Positions 28,817 through 39,517 of a DNA stretch of 64,000 nt are shown one piece after another. The notes beneath the pieces are model-generated. The model saw only the letters and a list, made by a program, of their open reading frames with translations. It had not been told where the DNA came from and made no database searches. Positions within the stretch are counted from its first letter, which is position 1; every line of letters begins with the position of its first letter. Source of the DNA: Candidatus Obscuribacteraceae bacterium (GTDB lineage Bacteria; Cyanobacteriota; Vampirovibrionia; Obscuribacterales; Obscuribacteraceae). Where the stretch lies: positions 1-64,000 of the forward strand of contig JBGASG010000010.1 in assembly GCA_044229845.1 (NCBI GenBank), read 5' to 3'. Made by a program: the position numbers and the translations under genes.

Positions 28817-29539
28817 ATGCCAGTCCTCACGAAACGCCAGAAAGAACTTAAGAAGCTGCGCAGCGAAACGACTTCTTTGTACACGGCCGAAGAAGCAGTC
28901 GCCACGCTGAAGAAGTTCAAAAAGTCCAAATTCGACGAGACAGTAGAAATTCACTTCAAGCTCGGCATCAACCCCAAAATGAACGACCAACAAGTTCGTT
29001 CGACCGTCAGCTTGCCTGGCGGCACTGGGAAAGAAGTACGAGTGGCTGTCGTCGCCAAAGGCGAAAAGCTCGAAGAAGCTCGTCAAGCCGGAGCCGATGA
29101 AGTCGGCGCCGAGGAGTTGATCCAGAAGATCTCGGAAGGCTTCATGGACTTCGACAAACTGGTGGCCACTCCAGATGCCATGGCCGGACTGTCCAAACTG
29201 GGTAAATTGCTTGGTCCACGCGGCTTGATGCCCAACCCGAAAGACGGCACCGTCACCTTCGACATCGCCAAAGCAGTCCAGGACCTCAAAGCCGGTAAGG
29301 TTTCCTTCCGCGCCGAGAAAGACGGTGGCGTAGTCCAGATGGGCATCGGCAAGATGTCGTTCGATGATTCGCGCATCTTGAAGAACGTCGCCGCTGTTGT
29401 CGAACAGATCAATAAAGTGAAACCAGCGACGGTCAAAGGCACCTACATCAAGGCTGTCTACCTGAGCTCCACCATGGGTCCAGGTCTGCGCCTCGACCCC
29501 AACAGCCTGCAATCGCTGGGCAAATACCTGCACGCCTGA
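28817..29539 (+). CDS. rplA: 50S ribosomal protein L1
   Basis: [34 protein letters not shown]. Confidence 0.98.
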   Translation: MPVLTKRQKELKKLRSETTSLYTAEEAVATLKKFKKSKFDETVEIHFKLGINPKMNDQQVRSTVSLPGGTGKEVRVAVVAKGEKLEEARQAGADEVGAEELIQKISEGFMDFDKLVATPDAMAGLSKLGKLLGPRGLMPNPKDGTVTFDIAKAVQDLKAGKVSFRAEKDGGVVQMGIGKMSFDDSRILKNVAAVVEQINKVKPATVKGTYIKAVYLSSTMGPGLRLDPNSLQSLGKYLHA

Positions 29540-31722
29540 TGCAGTCGGAAAACAGCACTGAAATTCTGACGGACAAACGTTTAAGCAGGAACACAATTTT
29601 TGAGTTGTTCCTCCTGAGCTTCATCTCGCTGTATGTGGAACTGCTGATAATTCGCTGGATGTCTGCTGATATCCGGGCTTTCACAGTGTTTCACACGTTC
29701 CCCTTGATCACGTGTTTTGTCGGGATGGGCGTCGGCTTCGCCATGCGGCGTGACGATGCCTTTCGCGAATGCTTGCCGGCAATATTCGTGTTCGCCTTCT
29801 TCATGAAGTTGGCGAACTTCATCGGTATCTGTTTTTGGGGATTTCCCTCGGGCAGTAATTTCCAGTGGCAAAATCTGGTGGGACTAGCTCAGATCAACTG
29901 GGCGTACCTCATGGTCTTTGCTTGCATCATAATTCTTTTGCTGGCCGGACCTTTCGCCATGTGCGTCTGTATCGGGGCGCGATTGGGCGTTCTATTCAAT
30001 CAGCTGAAGCCATTGCCCGCGTATTGTTATAACGTCGGCGGTGCCATTGCCGGCAGTATCGCATTTCCTCTGTTGTGCTACTTCGGCTGCCCCCCCTGGG
30101 TGTTGCTGATGGCCGCAGCAGTCGCGATCTCCGGACTGCTGTTGTCCAAGAAAGATGCGAAGCTGAACATCAAAAATTTCGGCATCATTGCCCTTTTGGT
30201 ACCGATGTTTCTCTTCGTTCCAGAGGAAACAAGCAAGCCGTTGGTTCCAGAACTTTTGCAAGCCAGGCCGCAACACGAAGTGTTGTGGTCTCCCTACCAA
30301 AGGCTGGATCTGACAACGTTTCATGCTCAAGCTGATACGGGACAGGAGGCCATTGTCGGACTGGAACTTTCAGCCAACCGGGCTTTCTATCAGTATTTCT
30401 TTCCGTTGCAAGCGGATAGCTCAGGCATGATCACAAACCTCACCAACTTGCGTAGCACCACACTCAAGGATTACTTACTGCCACTTTCTTTGAACAAGCC
30501 GCAGTCGGTTTTGATAGTTGGCGCCGGCACCGGGCAGAATGTGACATCGGCAGTGGAAGCTGGATTGACCGACATCGATGCAGTCGAAATCGATCCGGTG
30601 ATTCTGCAGGTTGGCAAAAACTTCAATTCCGATTATGCCAATCCGAATGTACACGCCATTTGTGACGACGCTCGCCACTACTTCTCGCGCTGCCAAAAGA
30701 AATATGATCTGGTCAATTTTGCCACGCTGGATTCCCACGCAGTGTCAGGACTGGGGTCTTCAGTGCGGTTGGATGCTTACGTCTACACTCGCGAGAGTAT
30801 GAAGCAAGCGCTCAGTTTGTTGAAACCGGGCGGAGTTGTGGTGTGCTCTTTTGTGGCGATGGAGCCATGGATAGAAAAGCGCCTGGTCAAAACTTTTACC
30901 GAAGCCGCTGGATATCCGCCGCTGTTGACCAAGGGGGTTACGCTGGGGCGCATTTTCGTTCTAGGCGATGGGGTGAGAGACAAGACGCTTAAGCTGCCGG
31001 ACGGATATCCTGATGAAACTGTCGCTGTCAGTGTCGGCGGAACGGAGGTTCTCACTGATGACTGGCCATACTTGTATGTGCGCAATGATGTGGTGGACTG
31101 GACCTATCTGCTGGTGGTCGGCGAGATCGTCCTTCTCAGTTTGTATGCAGCCAGACGATTTATCTTCAAAGAGCAAGATCCCAGCTCCTGGCAGATGTTT
31201 TTCCTCGGTTCGGCATTCATCATTCTAGAACTGCATGCCATATCGTTTTTATCGCTGGTCTACGGCTCTACCTGGATTACTTCAGCGATCGTCATCAACG
31301 GTATTTTGATCATGATTTTGATTGCCAACGCTGCAGTCTTTAAATTCAGCCAGGTTTTTGATAAATATCCATTCGGGGCGTACGCAGCTTTGATCGGCTC
31401 GATTTTTCTCAGTTTTTTCATGTCTTCAAACTCATTGCTACACATCAACACGTCGATGGCTGCCCTTCTGACAGCTGTGACACTGCTGCCGATGGGTCTC
31501 GCCGCGATCATTTTTGGTACTTCGATCAACGCCTCGCCAAACCTGTCGAAAGCCCTGGCGTTCAACCTGTTTGGGGCAGTGCTCGGCGGATTATTGGAAT
31601 ATCTATCCAATTATTGGGGCATCAAAAGCTTGTTGTTCGTCTCCGCGTTCTTCTATTGCTTATCAGCCTTGTGCCTGTACAAGCACCTGAAGCAACCCGC
31701 GCCCGCAGCGACTCAAAAATAA
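29539..31722 (+). CDS. Membrane-embedded spermidine-synthase-like SAM/dcSAM-binding protein
   Basis: N- and C-terminal TM bundles flanking WSPYQR, LIVGAGTG, VEIDP, DDAR, LDSH, TDDWPYLY. Confidence 0.8.
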   Translation: MQSENSTEILTDKRLSRNTIFELFLLSFISLYVELLIIRWMSADIRAFTVFHTFPLITCFVGMGVGFAMRRDDAFRECLPAIFVFAFFMKLANFIGICFWGFPSGSNFQWQNLVGLAQINWAYLMVFACIIILLLAGPFAMCVCIGARLGVLFNQLKPLPAYCYNVGGAIAGSIAFPLLCYFGCPPWVLLMAAAVAISGLLLSKKDAKLNIKNFGIIALLVPMFLFVPEETSKPLVPELLQARPQHEVLWSPYQRLDLTTFHAQADTGQEAIVGLELSANRAFYQYFFPLQADSSGMITNLTNLRSTTLKDYLLPLSLNKPQSVLIVGAGTGQNVTSAVEAGLTDIDAVEIDPVILQVGKNFNSDYANPNVHAICDDARHYFSRCQKKYDLVNFATLDSHAVSGLGSSVRLDAYVYTRESMKQALSLLKPGGVVVCSFVAMEPWIEKRLVKTFTEAAGYPPLLTKGVTLGRIFVLGDGVRDKTLKLPDGYPDETVAVSVGGTEVLTDDWPYLYVRNDVVDWTYLLVVGEIVLLSLYAARRFIFKEQDPSSWQMFFLGSAFIILELHAISFLSLVYGSTWITSAIVINGILIMILIANAAVFKFSQVFDKYPFGAYAALIGSIFLSFFMSSNSLLHINTSMAALLTAVTLLPMGLAAIIFGTSINASPNLSKALAFNLFGAVLGGLLEYLSNYWGIKSLLFVSAFFYCLSALCLYKHLKQPAPAATQK

Positions 31723-31727
31723 CCCAG

Positions 31728-32492
31728 TCAGAGCCCCACGAAGGAGCTATTGATGTCGTCAGCCTGCTTCTGCATTTTTGCTGCTTCCGCTTTGCGATTG
31801 GTTTTGCGCAAGAGCTCCGCATACTGCGAATACGCACCCATGAGCGCCACTTTATCCGCCACGCCGCCGGCGTGACAAACGGCGATCAGCCTCTTTATAT
31901 TCGTCTCGGCTGGACCGTACAACTTCTGATGTGTTTCAGCCTCAATCAACGCCGGCAGAATCCCTTGAAGAAACTGCAAATCCGCCGGTTGTCCGGGACC
32001 GGCATCGATGCTGACCACCGTTCCGTCGGCGGAAGTGACAGGTTGGGGCGGTGGTGCCGGTTTTTTGGCCGGCACCGCCTTTGGTGCCATTTTGGCCAGT
32101 ACACCACTATCTGCCAGGGTTAGCGACGTCGACAATACTTTGAGAGCTTCAGCATACCGCTGGTGGCGGTTGTAATACATGCCCAGATCCAGCAGCGAGC
32201 ACATGTACTCTTTCGAGCGCTCCCCGAATTTCTTGCGCGCAACCGCCACCGGCACTTTGAAGGCTGGCTCGCCTTGCTCTTCCATGCCCATCGAGCCAGG
32301 CGAAGACACGCCCGGTTCGCCGACGGGGACATCCCGTCCCGACGCACCGGGGATAACTCCTGGCGATTGGTCCAGAGGTTGGGCTGAAGATAAGTTGGGC
32401 GGAAAGAAGCAGGTCACGGCGAGCAACCCGCAAATCACGGGCAATCGCTTGACTGCACGCTCGATCTCACATTCTGGACGAGACTGGGTCAT
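31728..32492 (-). CDS. Exported hypothetical protein with TPR-like helices
   Basis: Signal-like segment, LGMYY...RYAEAL, YAELLRKTNRKAEA..M; start uncertain. Confidence 0.65.
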   Translation of the reverse strand: MTQSRPECEIERAVKRLPVICGLLAVTCFFPPNLSSAQPLDQSPGVIPGASGRDVPVGEPGVSSPGSMGMEEQGEPAFKVPVAVARKKFGERSKEYMCSLLDLGMYYNRHQRYAEALKVLSTSLTLADSGVLAKMAPKAVPAKKPAPPPQPVTSADGTVVSIDAGPGQPADLQFLQGILPALIEAETHQKLYGPAETNIKRLIAVCHAGGVADKVALMGAYSQYAELLRKTNRKAEAAKMQKQADDINSSFVGL

Positions 32493-32805
32493 CGTGCGTT
32501 TCGCCACCGGCTGGCGCCTCGGACTTGACCTCACCAGGCGCTGTCCACTTGGCGGGGTTTGTGGCGATTTCATTTTCAACCGCAGTTAATAACTCCGACG
32601 GGGGCACCGCTAAGCCTGAGGCTAGCGAGAATAATGCGCCCAGAGAAATGTTGCGCTCGCCGCGCTCTACATCCGATATATACGCTCTATTGAGCCCCGA
32701 GCGCTTTGCCAGCTCGTCTTGTGTGAAACCTTTGCGTTTACGTGTCTGCCTTACAATGTCCGCAAAGGCGGACAGTTGCATAACCGTTTGAGCGTCACCT
32801 TTCAT
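32467..32805 (-). CDS. XRE-family helix-turn-helix transcriptional regulator
   Basis: R.RKGFTQDELAKRSGLNRAYISDVERGERNISL..L..LA..L.V..SEL; GGAGG RBS before ATG 32805. Confidence 0.9.
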   Translation of the reverse strand: MKGDAQTVMQLSAFADIVRQTRKRKGFTQDELAKRSGLNRAYISDVERGERNISLGALFSLASGLAVPPSELLTAVENEIATNPAKWTAPGEVKSEAPAGGETHDDPVSSRM

Positions 32806-33011
32806 GTTGCCGGGCCTCCGGGATGCCATTTGATGCCTGTGCTTATTATAGTCGACGGAATCGCGTATTCGTACAGCCAAACCTGACTTCAAGCACAATA
32901 GATTTATAGTTTACACATAAGTCGGCCGGAATTCCGCCTCGTGAAGATACGCAACTGCCACAAGCATCTGCGTAAATCGACCGCTGATGCCACCGAATAT
33001 GGTGCGCAAGG

Positions 33012-34034
33012 TTAGTTAACTCGCTCAGCCAGGGCGTACGATTCTTCATATTTGGCGCGGATTTCCTGTGCTCGTTTCTCCAGGCGCTGGGCTTCAGCGG
33101 CCCGACAAGTGTTGTGCAACAGGCGGGCGTAAGCATCCATCCAATGCGCCATCTGCGGATGATCTGGTCCGAAAACCTTCTCGTAAAGGTCGCCGGCTCG
33201 CTTAAATGCCTGCTCGGCCCGGTAATCGCCTGAGAGCAAATAACACGTTGCCAGCCCGAACGCACAGTAAGCCAGGTTTCTCTGGGCATCCGGCACCCGC
33301 TCGAATGAATCGAGTGCCCGCTTGTACCATTGCTCAGCTTTTGGAAACTCGCGCATGCCCTGATAACAGCGTCCCAGGTTGTACCGGCAGTGCGCAATCT
33401 GTTCGTCATCACCCAACTGTTCGTAGATGGCCAGCGCGCGTTTGAAGTGCGGCTCCGCGAGCTTGTCCAGGTTCTGATCGTCATAGCACCGCGCCAGGGC
33501 GAATGTAGTCGCTGCGACATGCTCGTGCTCGGCGCCGTACAGTTTCTTGAATAACCCGATGGCTCGCTCATATAGCGGTACGGCATAGCCGTAATCACGC
33601 TGGTAGGTGCAGCAGCGCGCCAGGTTTTCCATGGCATGCGCCACATCCTCGTGTTCTGGACCGCGCAACCGCTCATAAATTGTCAGCGCACGCGAATAAA
33701 GAGGTCGCGCCTCGCTGAACTTGCCGCATTGCATGCGGCAGCGCGCCACACCGGTCAGGCTGTAAGCCACATCCTCGTGATTGGGTCCGTAAGCCAGCTC
33801 ATAAATCGCCAGGGCGCGCTGATAAAGCGACCCCGCACCCACATAATCGCCGCGGTGGCTGACACATTTGCCCAAAATCAAAAAACTGTATGCCAGCCGC
33901 ACGTCCGTCTCGGCCAGCATTCCAGACTCTACAGCCAGCCGAAAATAACGCTCGGCACGGTCATAGTTGCCCTCGGAGAGAGCCTGGTAGCCGTGCTGGC
34001 TTATCTCAGACCAGTTGATTTCCTTGCTGTCCAT
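33012..34034 (-). CDS. TPR protein (kinesin-light-chain-type repeats)
   Basis: Repeated GP.HEDVA..L..LA.C...YQRAL.IYE units. Confidence 0.88.
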   Translation of the reverse strand: MDSKEINWSEISQHGYQALSEGNYDRAERYFRLAVESGMLAETDVRLAYSFLILGKCVSHRGDYVGAGSLYQRALAIYELAYGPNHEDVAYSLTGVARCRMQCGKFSEARPLYSRALTIYERLRGPEHEDVAHAMENLARCCTYQRDYGYAVPLYERAIGLFKKLYGAEHEHVAATTFALARCYDDQNLDKLAEPHFKRALAIYEQLGDDEQIAHCRYNLGRCYQGMREFPKAEQWYKRALDSFERVPDAQRNLAYCAFGLATCYLLSGDYRAEQAFKRAGDLYEKVFGPDHPQMAHWMDAYARLLHNTCRAAEAQRLEKRAQEIRAKYEESYALAERVN

Positions 34035-34220
34035 CCAGTTGAACCGCGCTGCAAAATCTCAACGAGACCATTCAGCCTGTCTACTAATCGCGCACCCCGC
34101 TTGAACCGCCTTCAGTGGCTTGAAGTTGCCAAGCAGAGCCTAGACCCATTTTACAGCGAACATCAGTCAAGTGGGTGAATTTGGAGCGTTATAAGTCCCC
34201 CGTCGTTACGCAGACAACTA

Positions 34221-34248
34221 AAAACTGAATTGATATCAATACAGTTTT
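34221..34248. repeat. Palindrome AAAACTGAATTGATATCAATACAGTTTT (copy 2, one mismatch)
   Basis: 27/28 identical to the core of 7360-7391. Confidence 0.9.
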
Positions 34249-34264
34249 ACAGCGCTGGTGAGGC

Positions 34265-34834
34265 TTAACGGTTTAGACCTTCGGGATGCTCAACGCTGGC
34301 GGTAGCGGTGAACTCCACCGGCACAGCAGTGCCAAGAATCGGCACACCGCCCAGAAGGGGCAGTCCGCTGAAATTCATGAGCGGCGCCACGTCGTAAGTG
34401 GCTCTCACCTGGTACTGATACACAGCAGCGTTTTGAGCGTTGTCCGACACATCAATTCGTCCGGAGACGGCAGGCGGTGGATAACTCTGGACCGTGCCCG
34501 AGCCCGTCTGTGTGACGACTGCCGAGAGCGCGGCGCCGTTGGGTGTCGTGTTGGGCGTCATGCGCGAGAAACTTTGAAACGGCTGCAATTGTGTGACTGT
34601 CGCATTGACCGCATTTTGAGCCTCGGTCATGCTCTGGGCAGCGCCGGCATTGCGGGCACCGAAGTTGGCGGTCAGCATGACGGTGATGACGCCGGTCAAG
34701 AAACTGGCCAGATTGAGCAAAGGGAAAAAGATCATGATGAAGAAGAGCCACATGGCGGGTCCAAACTCCGCCAGCGAGCTGCCTGTAATTCTCGGCCTTC
34801 TATAACGAAGCCTTCTTCTCTGGGGAACTGGCAT
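34265..34834 (-). CDS. TadE-like pseudopilin
   Basis: Arg-rich leader, G|SSLAE prepilin motif, hydrophobic FGPAMWLFFIMIFFPLLNL helix. Confidence 0.7.
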   Translation of the reverse strand: MPVPQRRRLRYRRPRITGSSLAEFGPAMWLFFIMIFFPLLNLASFLTGVITVMLTANFGARNAGAAQSMTEAQNAVNATVTQLQPFQSFSRMTPNTTPNGAALSAVVTQTGSGTVQSYPPPAVSGRIDVSDNAQNAAVYQYQVRATYDVAPLMNFSGLPLLGGVPILGTAVPVEFTATASVEHPEGLNR

Positions 34835-34927
34835 TCTTCAGCACCTGCGCGCACTATTCAGATCGATTATGCCCATTTTGGACAAATCAATGTAGCGTTA
34901 AGCACACATCCAGCAATTTAACTCAAT

Positions 34928-36055
34928 CTACCGTGCCGCGGCCACGGCTCTTTGATCCACAAGTGAGCCGTCGCGTTTGTGGACCTGCAAAATGTTGTAC
35001 TGGGTATCGCGCTGTGCGGCATCGCGTCCCGATTGGTGGATGGATGCAATCATTTGCTTGAGCGTCACTTCGTGATAGGTGCCGGCAGCAGATACGACGT
35101 TTTCCTCCATCATGGTGCCGCCAAAATCGTTGGCACCGAATGCGAAGGCACTCTGCCCGAGCCCCGCTCCCTGAGTCACCCAGGAGGTCTGCACATTGCG
35201 CACGTTATCAAAGACGATACGCGAGATTGCCACCATGCGCAAATATTCAGAGGCCGTGGTCGGACGCTTGACGCGTTTGGAAAGTGGGGTGTTGCCTGGC
35301 TGGAACGACCAGGCGATGAAAGCTGTGAAGCCGCCCGTCTTGTCTTGCAGATCACGCAGGCGAATCAGGTGTTCGATGCGATCTTCGGCTTCGTCCACGG
35401 TGCCGTACATCATGGTGCTGCTCGTCTTCAAACCGAGGTTTTGAGCCACTTCCATCACTTCCAGCCAGCGCGCCGCCGGAATTTTCAGCGGGCTGATTGC
35501 TTCTTTGACGCGCTCGGTCAAGATTTCTGCGCCGCCGCCAGGCAGCGATGAAAGTCCTGCCTTGATCAAGCGTTCGAGAGTTTCTTTCAGAGAGAGATTG
35601 CTGACGCGTGTGATGTGGTCTATCTCTGAAGGTGAAAAGCCATGGATTGTCAGTTCCGGAAAGTCGCGACGCATGTTGCCGAGCAACTCTTCGTAGTACT
35701 CAATGCCCAGTTCGGGATTGTGTCCGCCTTGAATCAAAAGTTGAGTGCCGCCCAGTGCCACCAGCTCATCAATCTTCTCTTTGATAGTCTCGTAGGGTAC
35801 GACATAGCCTTTCTTCGACCCGGGTGGTGCATAGAAAGCGCAGAACGAGCAGTACGCATCGCAGACGTTGGTGTAGTTGACGTTACGATCGATGACGAAT
35901 GTGATGGGCTCTTCGTCGGCATGGAAGCGGCGGCGAATTTGATCGGCAGCCCAGCCCAGGTCGAGCAACGGCGCATGCTTGAGCAAATAAACGCCTTCGG
36001 CAAAGTTGAGACGTTTTCCGTCGACAACATCGAGTAGTAAGCGACGCGTTTCCAC
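34928..36055 (-). CDS. mqnC: Cyclic dehypoxanthine futalosine synthase (radical SAM)
   Basis: DRNVNYTNVC...CSFCAFY, QGGHNP, PGGGAEIL, SWVTQG, GANDFGGTMMEENVVSAAG. Confidence 0.92.
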   Translation of the reverse strand: METRRLLLDVVDGKRLNFAEGVYLLKHAPLLDLGWAADQIRRRFHADEEPITFVIDRNVNYTNVCDAYCSFCAFYAPPGSKKGYVVPYETIKEKIDELVALGGTQLLIQGGHNPELGIEYYEELLGNMRRDFPELTIHGFSPSEIDHITRVSNLSLKETLERLIKAGLSSLPGGGAEILTERVKEAISPLKIPAARWLEVMEVAQNLGLKTSSTMMYGTVDEAEDRIEHLIRLRDLQDKTGGFTAFIAWSFQPGNTPLSKRVKRPTTASEYLRMVAISRIVFDNVRNVQTSWVTQGAGLGQSAFAFGANDFGGTMMEENVVSAAGTYHEVTLKQMIASIHQSGRDAAQRDTQYNILQVHKRDGSLVDQRAVAAAR

Positions 36056-36276
36056 AACGGGTATCCTTTGATCTGGGAGACAGACATTTTAAATGGGATC
36101 ACGAGATGCGTCTCTCGGCGTCCGTTAAGGTTTTCATCGAGCTTCACCGGAAACCCCGCCGACCCATTAAAATTAATCTCAGCAGCGGACACGATAGCCG
36201 CCGGTAAACTCGACAGGCGCGAGTAGCGGCAGTCTGCAGACGGCGGGATCTAAAGAACTGAAGGAGTCCAGGCGCT

Positions 36277-37239
36277 TTGGTCAAGTACAAAGATTACTAC
36301 TCAACGCTCGGCGTGCCGCGCAACGCCTCCGAAAAGGAGATCAAATCGGCCTACCGAAAGCTCGCCCGCCAGCACCACCCGGACGTCAATCAAGGCGATA
36401 AGACGGCTGAGGATAAGTTCAAGGACATCGCGGAAGCCTATGAAGTACTGAGCGATGCCGACAAGCGCAAGCGTTACGACACGCTGGGAGCCAACTGGAA
36501 GGCCGGTGCCGACTTCACACCGCCGCCGGGCTTCAGCGGATTCAGCTTCGATTTCAATGATTTGCGTGGCTTTGGACAGAATTCGCCGTTTTCTGATTTT
36601 TTCGAAACACTCTTCGGTCAGACCTTCACGGGTCAGCCCGGGTCCGGCGGACCAGGCGGCGCCCGGCGCGGCGGCACGATGAAGGGTGCCGACCAGGAAG
36701 CCGACATCGAACTGACGATCGAAGAGGCGGCCAAAGGTTCAGCGCGCAACGTGCATATCAGTGCTCCTGGACAGAAGCAGCGTACGCTGCAGGTAAAAAT
36801 TCCGGCCGGGGTGCGCACCGGTTCGAAAGTGCGCGTCGCCGGAGAAGCTGGTCCCAACCCAATGGGCGGGCCGCCCGGAGACCTTTATCTAAAGGTGAAA
36901 CTGAAGCCGCATCCATATTTTTCTGTGGAAGGCGATAATCTCGTTTCCGAACTGGTGGTATCACCGGCGCTGGCAGTTCTCGGCGGCGAAGTACAGGTGA
37001 ACACACTCGATGGTCCGGTACGCATCAACATTCCCGCCAACAGCCAGTCTGGGCGCATGCTGCGTTTGCGCGAGCGCGGATTGCCCAAGCTTAAGCAGAA
37101 GGTCAAAGGCGATCATCTGGTGCGCTTGAAAGTCAACGTTCCGGCCAATATCACAGAAGAAGAGCGCGAACTCTACCGCCAGCTGCTCGAAATCGAAAAT
37201 CGTCGCAGCGAAACTCAAGCTTCCGCATCAGCCAGCTAA
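36277..37239 (+). CDS. DnaJ-class chaperone lacking the Zn finger (CbpA-like)
   Basis: J domain with HPD, G/F region, C-terminal GDLY / LRLR.RGLP domains. Confidence 0.92.
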   Translation: MVKYKDYYSTLGVPRNASEKEIKSAYRKLARQHHPDVNQGDKTAEDKFKDIAEAYEVLSDADKRKRYDTLGANWKAGADFTPPPGFSGFSFDFNDLRGFGQNSPFSDFFETLFGQTFTGQPGSGGPGGARRGGTMKGADQEADIELTIEEAAKGSARNVHISAPGQKQRTLQVKIPAGVRTGSKVRVAGEAGPNPMGGPPGDLYLKVKLKPHPYFSVEGDNLVSELVVSPALAVLGGEVQVNTLDGPVRINIPANSQSGRMLRLRERGLPKLKQKVKGDHLVRLKVNVPANITEEERELYRQLLEIENRRSETQASASAS

Positions 37240-37244
37240 CTTGC

Positions 37245-38236
37245 TTACTTGGGTGGCTGGTTGCCTTGCTGCTGCTTCTTCGCGGCCGCCTCCGCTTCTT
37301 TCGCGGCTTTCTCCTGATTGGCGCGATCTTCAAGCGCAATCGACAGGTTGAATTCAGCATCAGCCTGCGAGTCTTCCTTCAATTTCTTGAGGACGACGGA
37401 CAGCGTGCGGTGCAGTTCAGCATTGTCCTGATTGATGCGTTTGGCGTCTTCCAGAAGCTCTTTCGCTTTGTCGTACTGGCCGATGTATGTATAAATCTGC
37501 GCCAGGCGAACCTTGGGCAATATCTCGGTCGGATTGGCGGAAATCTCGGAATTGAGCTGATAGATGGTGCGATCGACGCCGCCCCAGCTCTTTACCATTT
37601 CTTCGATGACGTCCGGCAGACCGCCTGATTGTGTCTCCATATTGACGCCGAACATGTACTCGTTGAGACCCTCTGTGGGATTACCCATGCGGGCAATCAA
37701 GATGCCCCGCCGCTTTTTGGCCTCGACGTTATTGGAGTTGATCAAAGTCACCGCTTTGTACTCGTCGGCGGCCAGCTGGTAAGTGGGTGGATTGGCTCTC
37801 TCGTACAGTTGGGCGAGCATCATGTGCGGCTCAGACCACTTGGGTTCTGCCTTGCTCACTATCTTTAACTGCTTGATAGCTTCAGCATCCATATTCGCGT
37901 TTCGCAGTTTTTCAGCCAGGTTCATGCGGATGTATTTGTTGCCGTGCGAGAGTGCCAGTGCACGGTTGAGAAGCCGCAGCCCCTCCTGGGGAGAGTTGCT
38001 CTTCATGTAGACATTGCCGGCGCAGAGATTGACGAGAATGTCGTGCGGTTTGGCCGCCAGCAGCTTGTCGGCTTTCATGGTTGCTTCGGCGAGTTGTCCT
38101 TTGGCAGCCAGCTTGCCCGGCTCCAACTCCTCACATAGGTGGCGGCGATGGCGAATATCGCATTCAGCGACAAGAAAGCGCGAATGATGTTGTTTTCATC
38201 GCCGGGCTGTCCGCCCATGGAACTAAGGTTTTGCAA
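37245..38236 (-). pseudogene. Membrane-anchored TPR protein with apparent frameshift near 38132
   Basis: AAGGAGAGG RBS + TTG 38236 gives MQNLSS...IIRAFLSLNAIFAIAATYV; TPR body (EELEPGKLAAKG...) continues in another frame. Confidence 0.6.
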
Positions 38237-39198
38237 GGTGACCCTCTCCTTGATATTGAGCACGCAGATTGTTCAGCGAGTAGACGAAGGACTCGAGGGC
38301 CGTTGTCGGCTTCACGTAGTGCTCCATCTGCTCTTTGGTGTTTTCACTGAGGACGAGCAATTCGCTCAGATAAGTAGCGGCGCCGCGTTGATCGTTTCCG
38401 ATCGCCTGCGCTCGCAAGACTTCCAGCTCGCTGTCGGCGATGATGTCGACCAGTGCGCCGGGCGGTGCACCATCTTCCAGCAAGCCGTTCAATTCACTGA
38501 GCAACTCCTGTCCGTTGCAGACCGCCTTCAGAAATGAGCCTGATTGACCGGCTGTCCAGGCCCGGCGGGAATTGCCCACCAGCTTAGCTCGCACCGCCTG
38601 TAGTGTCGCTTCCAGGTCCGCCTCTTCTTTGCTGGTCGCTTGCGACCAGAGCGCCAGAGCCGCAGATTTGCTGACCAGGATGGTCTGGGCGCGACTGACG
38701 ATGGTCGGCAGCACGGCTTCCACATTAGTGGCAAACATGAAGAATAAGCAGTTGCCGGCGGGCGGCTGCTCGATGCTCTTCAAAAGAGCGTTGGCAGCCG
38801 GTCTGTGAAATATCTCTTCATCGGCCTCCGGGATGACGACGACCCGAAAGTAGCGCGAAGTCTTCTGCAACTCGCCGACCAGGGCTCGCGCCTTGTCCAC
38901 CGGCACCTTTTGGCCGACTTTCTCGCCGGAGAGGTTGAACCAGGCTTGCGGATGGCTGTTCTGCATGATCCAGTCGCAGTTCTGGCAAAGCGCTTCGGGG
39001 CTTTCAACCAGGCAGGAGCGGCGGTTGGGCAACTCCTCCAGCAATACCTGGTCGCGGCTATCGCCGAAAACCCGCAGACAATTGAGGAAAGCCGCCATCT
39101 GGCGCGCCAGCTGCCACTTGTCATCAAGAGAGCACTGCGGCTTCAAGCAGTTTTGTCGCCAGGGGCTGCCTGGAATTCAGTTGCAAGTCGAAAATCAT
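38223..39198 (-). pseudogene. holB: DNA polymerase III subunit delta-prime, N-terminus apparently interrupted
   Basis: LNC...C..C..I..HP, AANALLK.IEQPP, VLPTIVSRAQ motifs; N-terminal MIFD...QPLATKLLEAAVLS (ATG 39198) stops at 39124-39126 in another frame. Confidence 0.7.
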
Positions 39199-39340
39199 CG
39201 CTCAACCCGAGTTTCATGGCGAAACGCGGCCAATATTCCCTCTAGAAGTTAAGAATACACGGATTTTAGTGACTCGTTACGGCGCATGCCCGCGAAGATT
39301 ATCGGGCGTTAAAATTCGCAAGACCTGAAACCCACTGAAA

Positions 39341-39369
39341 TTGACAGCCGTAGCGGTTGTCGTTAAAAT
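39341..39369 (+). promoter_or_regulatory. Near-consensus sigma70 promoter upstream of purA
   Basis: TTGACA-17 bp-TAAAAT. Confidence 0.8.
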
Positions 39370-39371
39370 AT

Positions 39372-39517
39372 GTCGGTCAAAGGGGTAGAAGCCTGAGTGG
39401 ATGCTCCTTTCCGCCGGTCGAGTGCTGAGCATAGCTGCCAGCAACGATTTAATTAAGGCGGAAGAGAGGCATGGTCTGCAGAAAAGCGGGCGGCAAAGAA
39501 CTCTCCCGTTTGACGAC
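39372..39517 (+). ncRNA. Candidate structured RNA (purA leader or small ncRNA)
   Basis: Nested pairings GTCAAAGGGG/CTCCCGTTTGAC, ATGCTCCTTTCCGCC/GGCGGAAGAGAGGCAT, TGCTG-AGC/GCT-CAGCA, starting at the predicted TSS. Confidence 0.45.

Noticed and set aside
32467..32805. Controller protein of a restriction-modification system or prophage repressor
   Set aside because: The XRE HTH is real, but no methyltransferase, nuclease, integrase or phage genes flank it.
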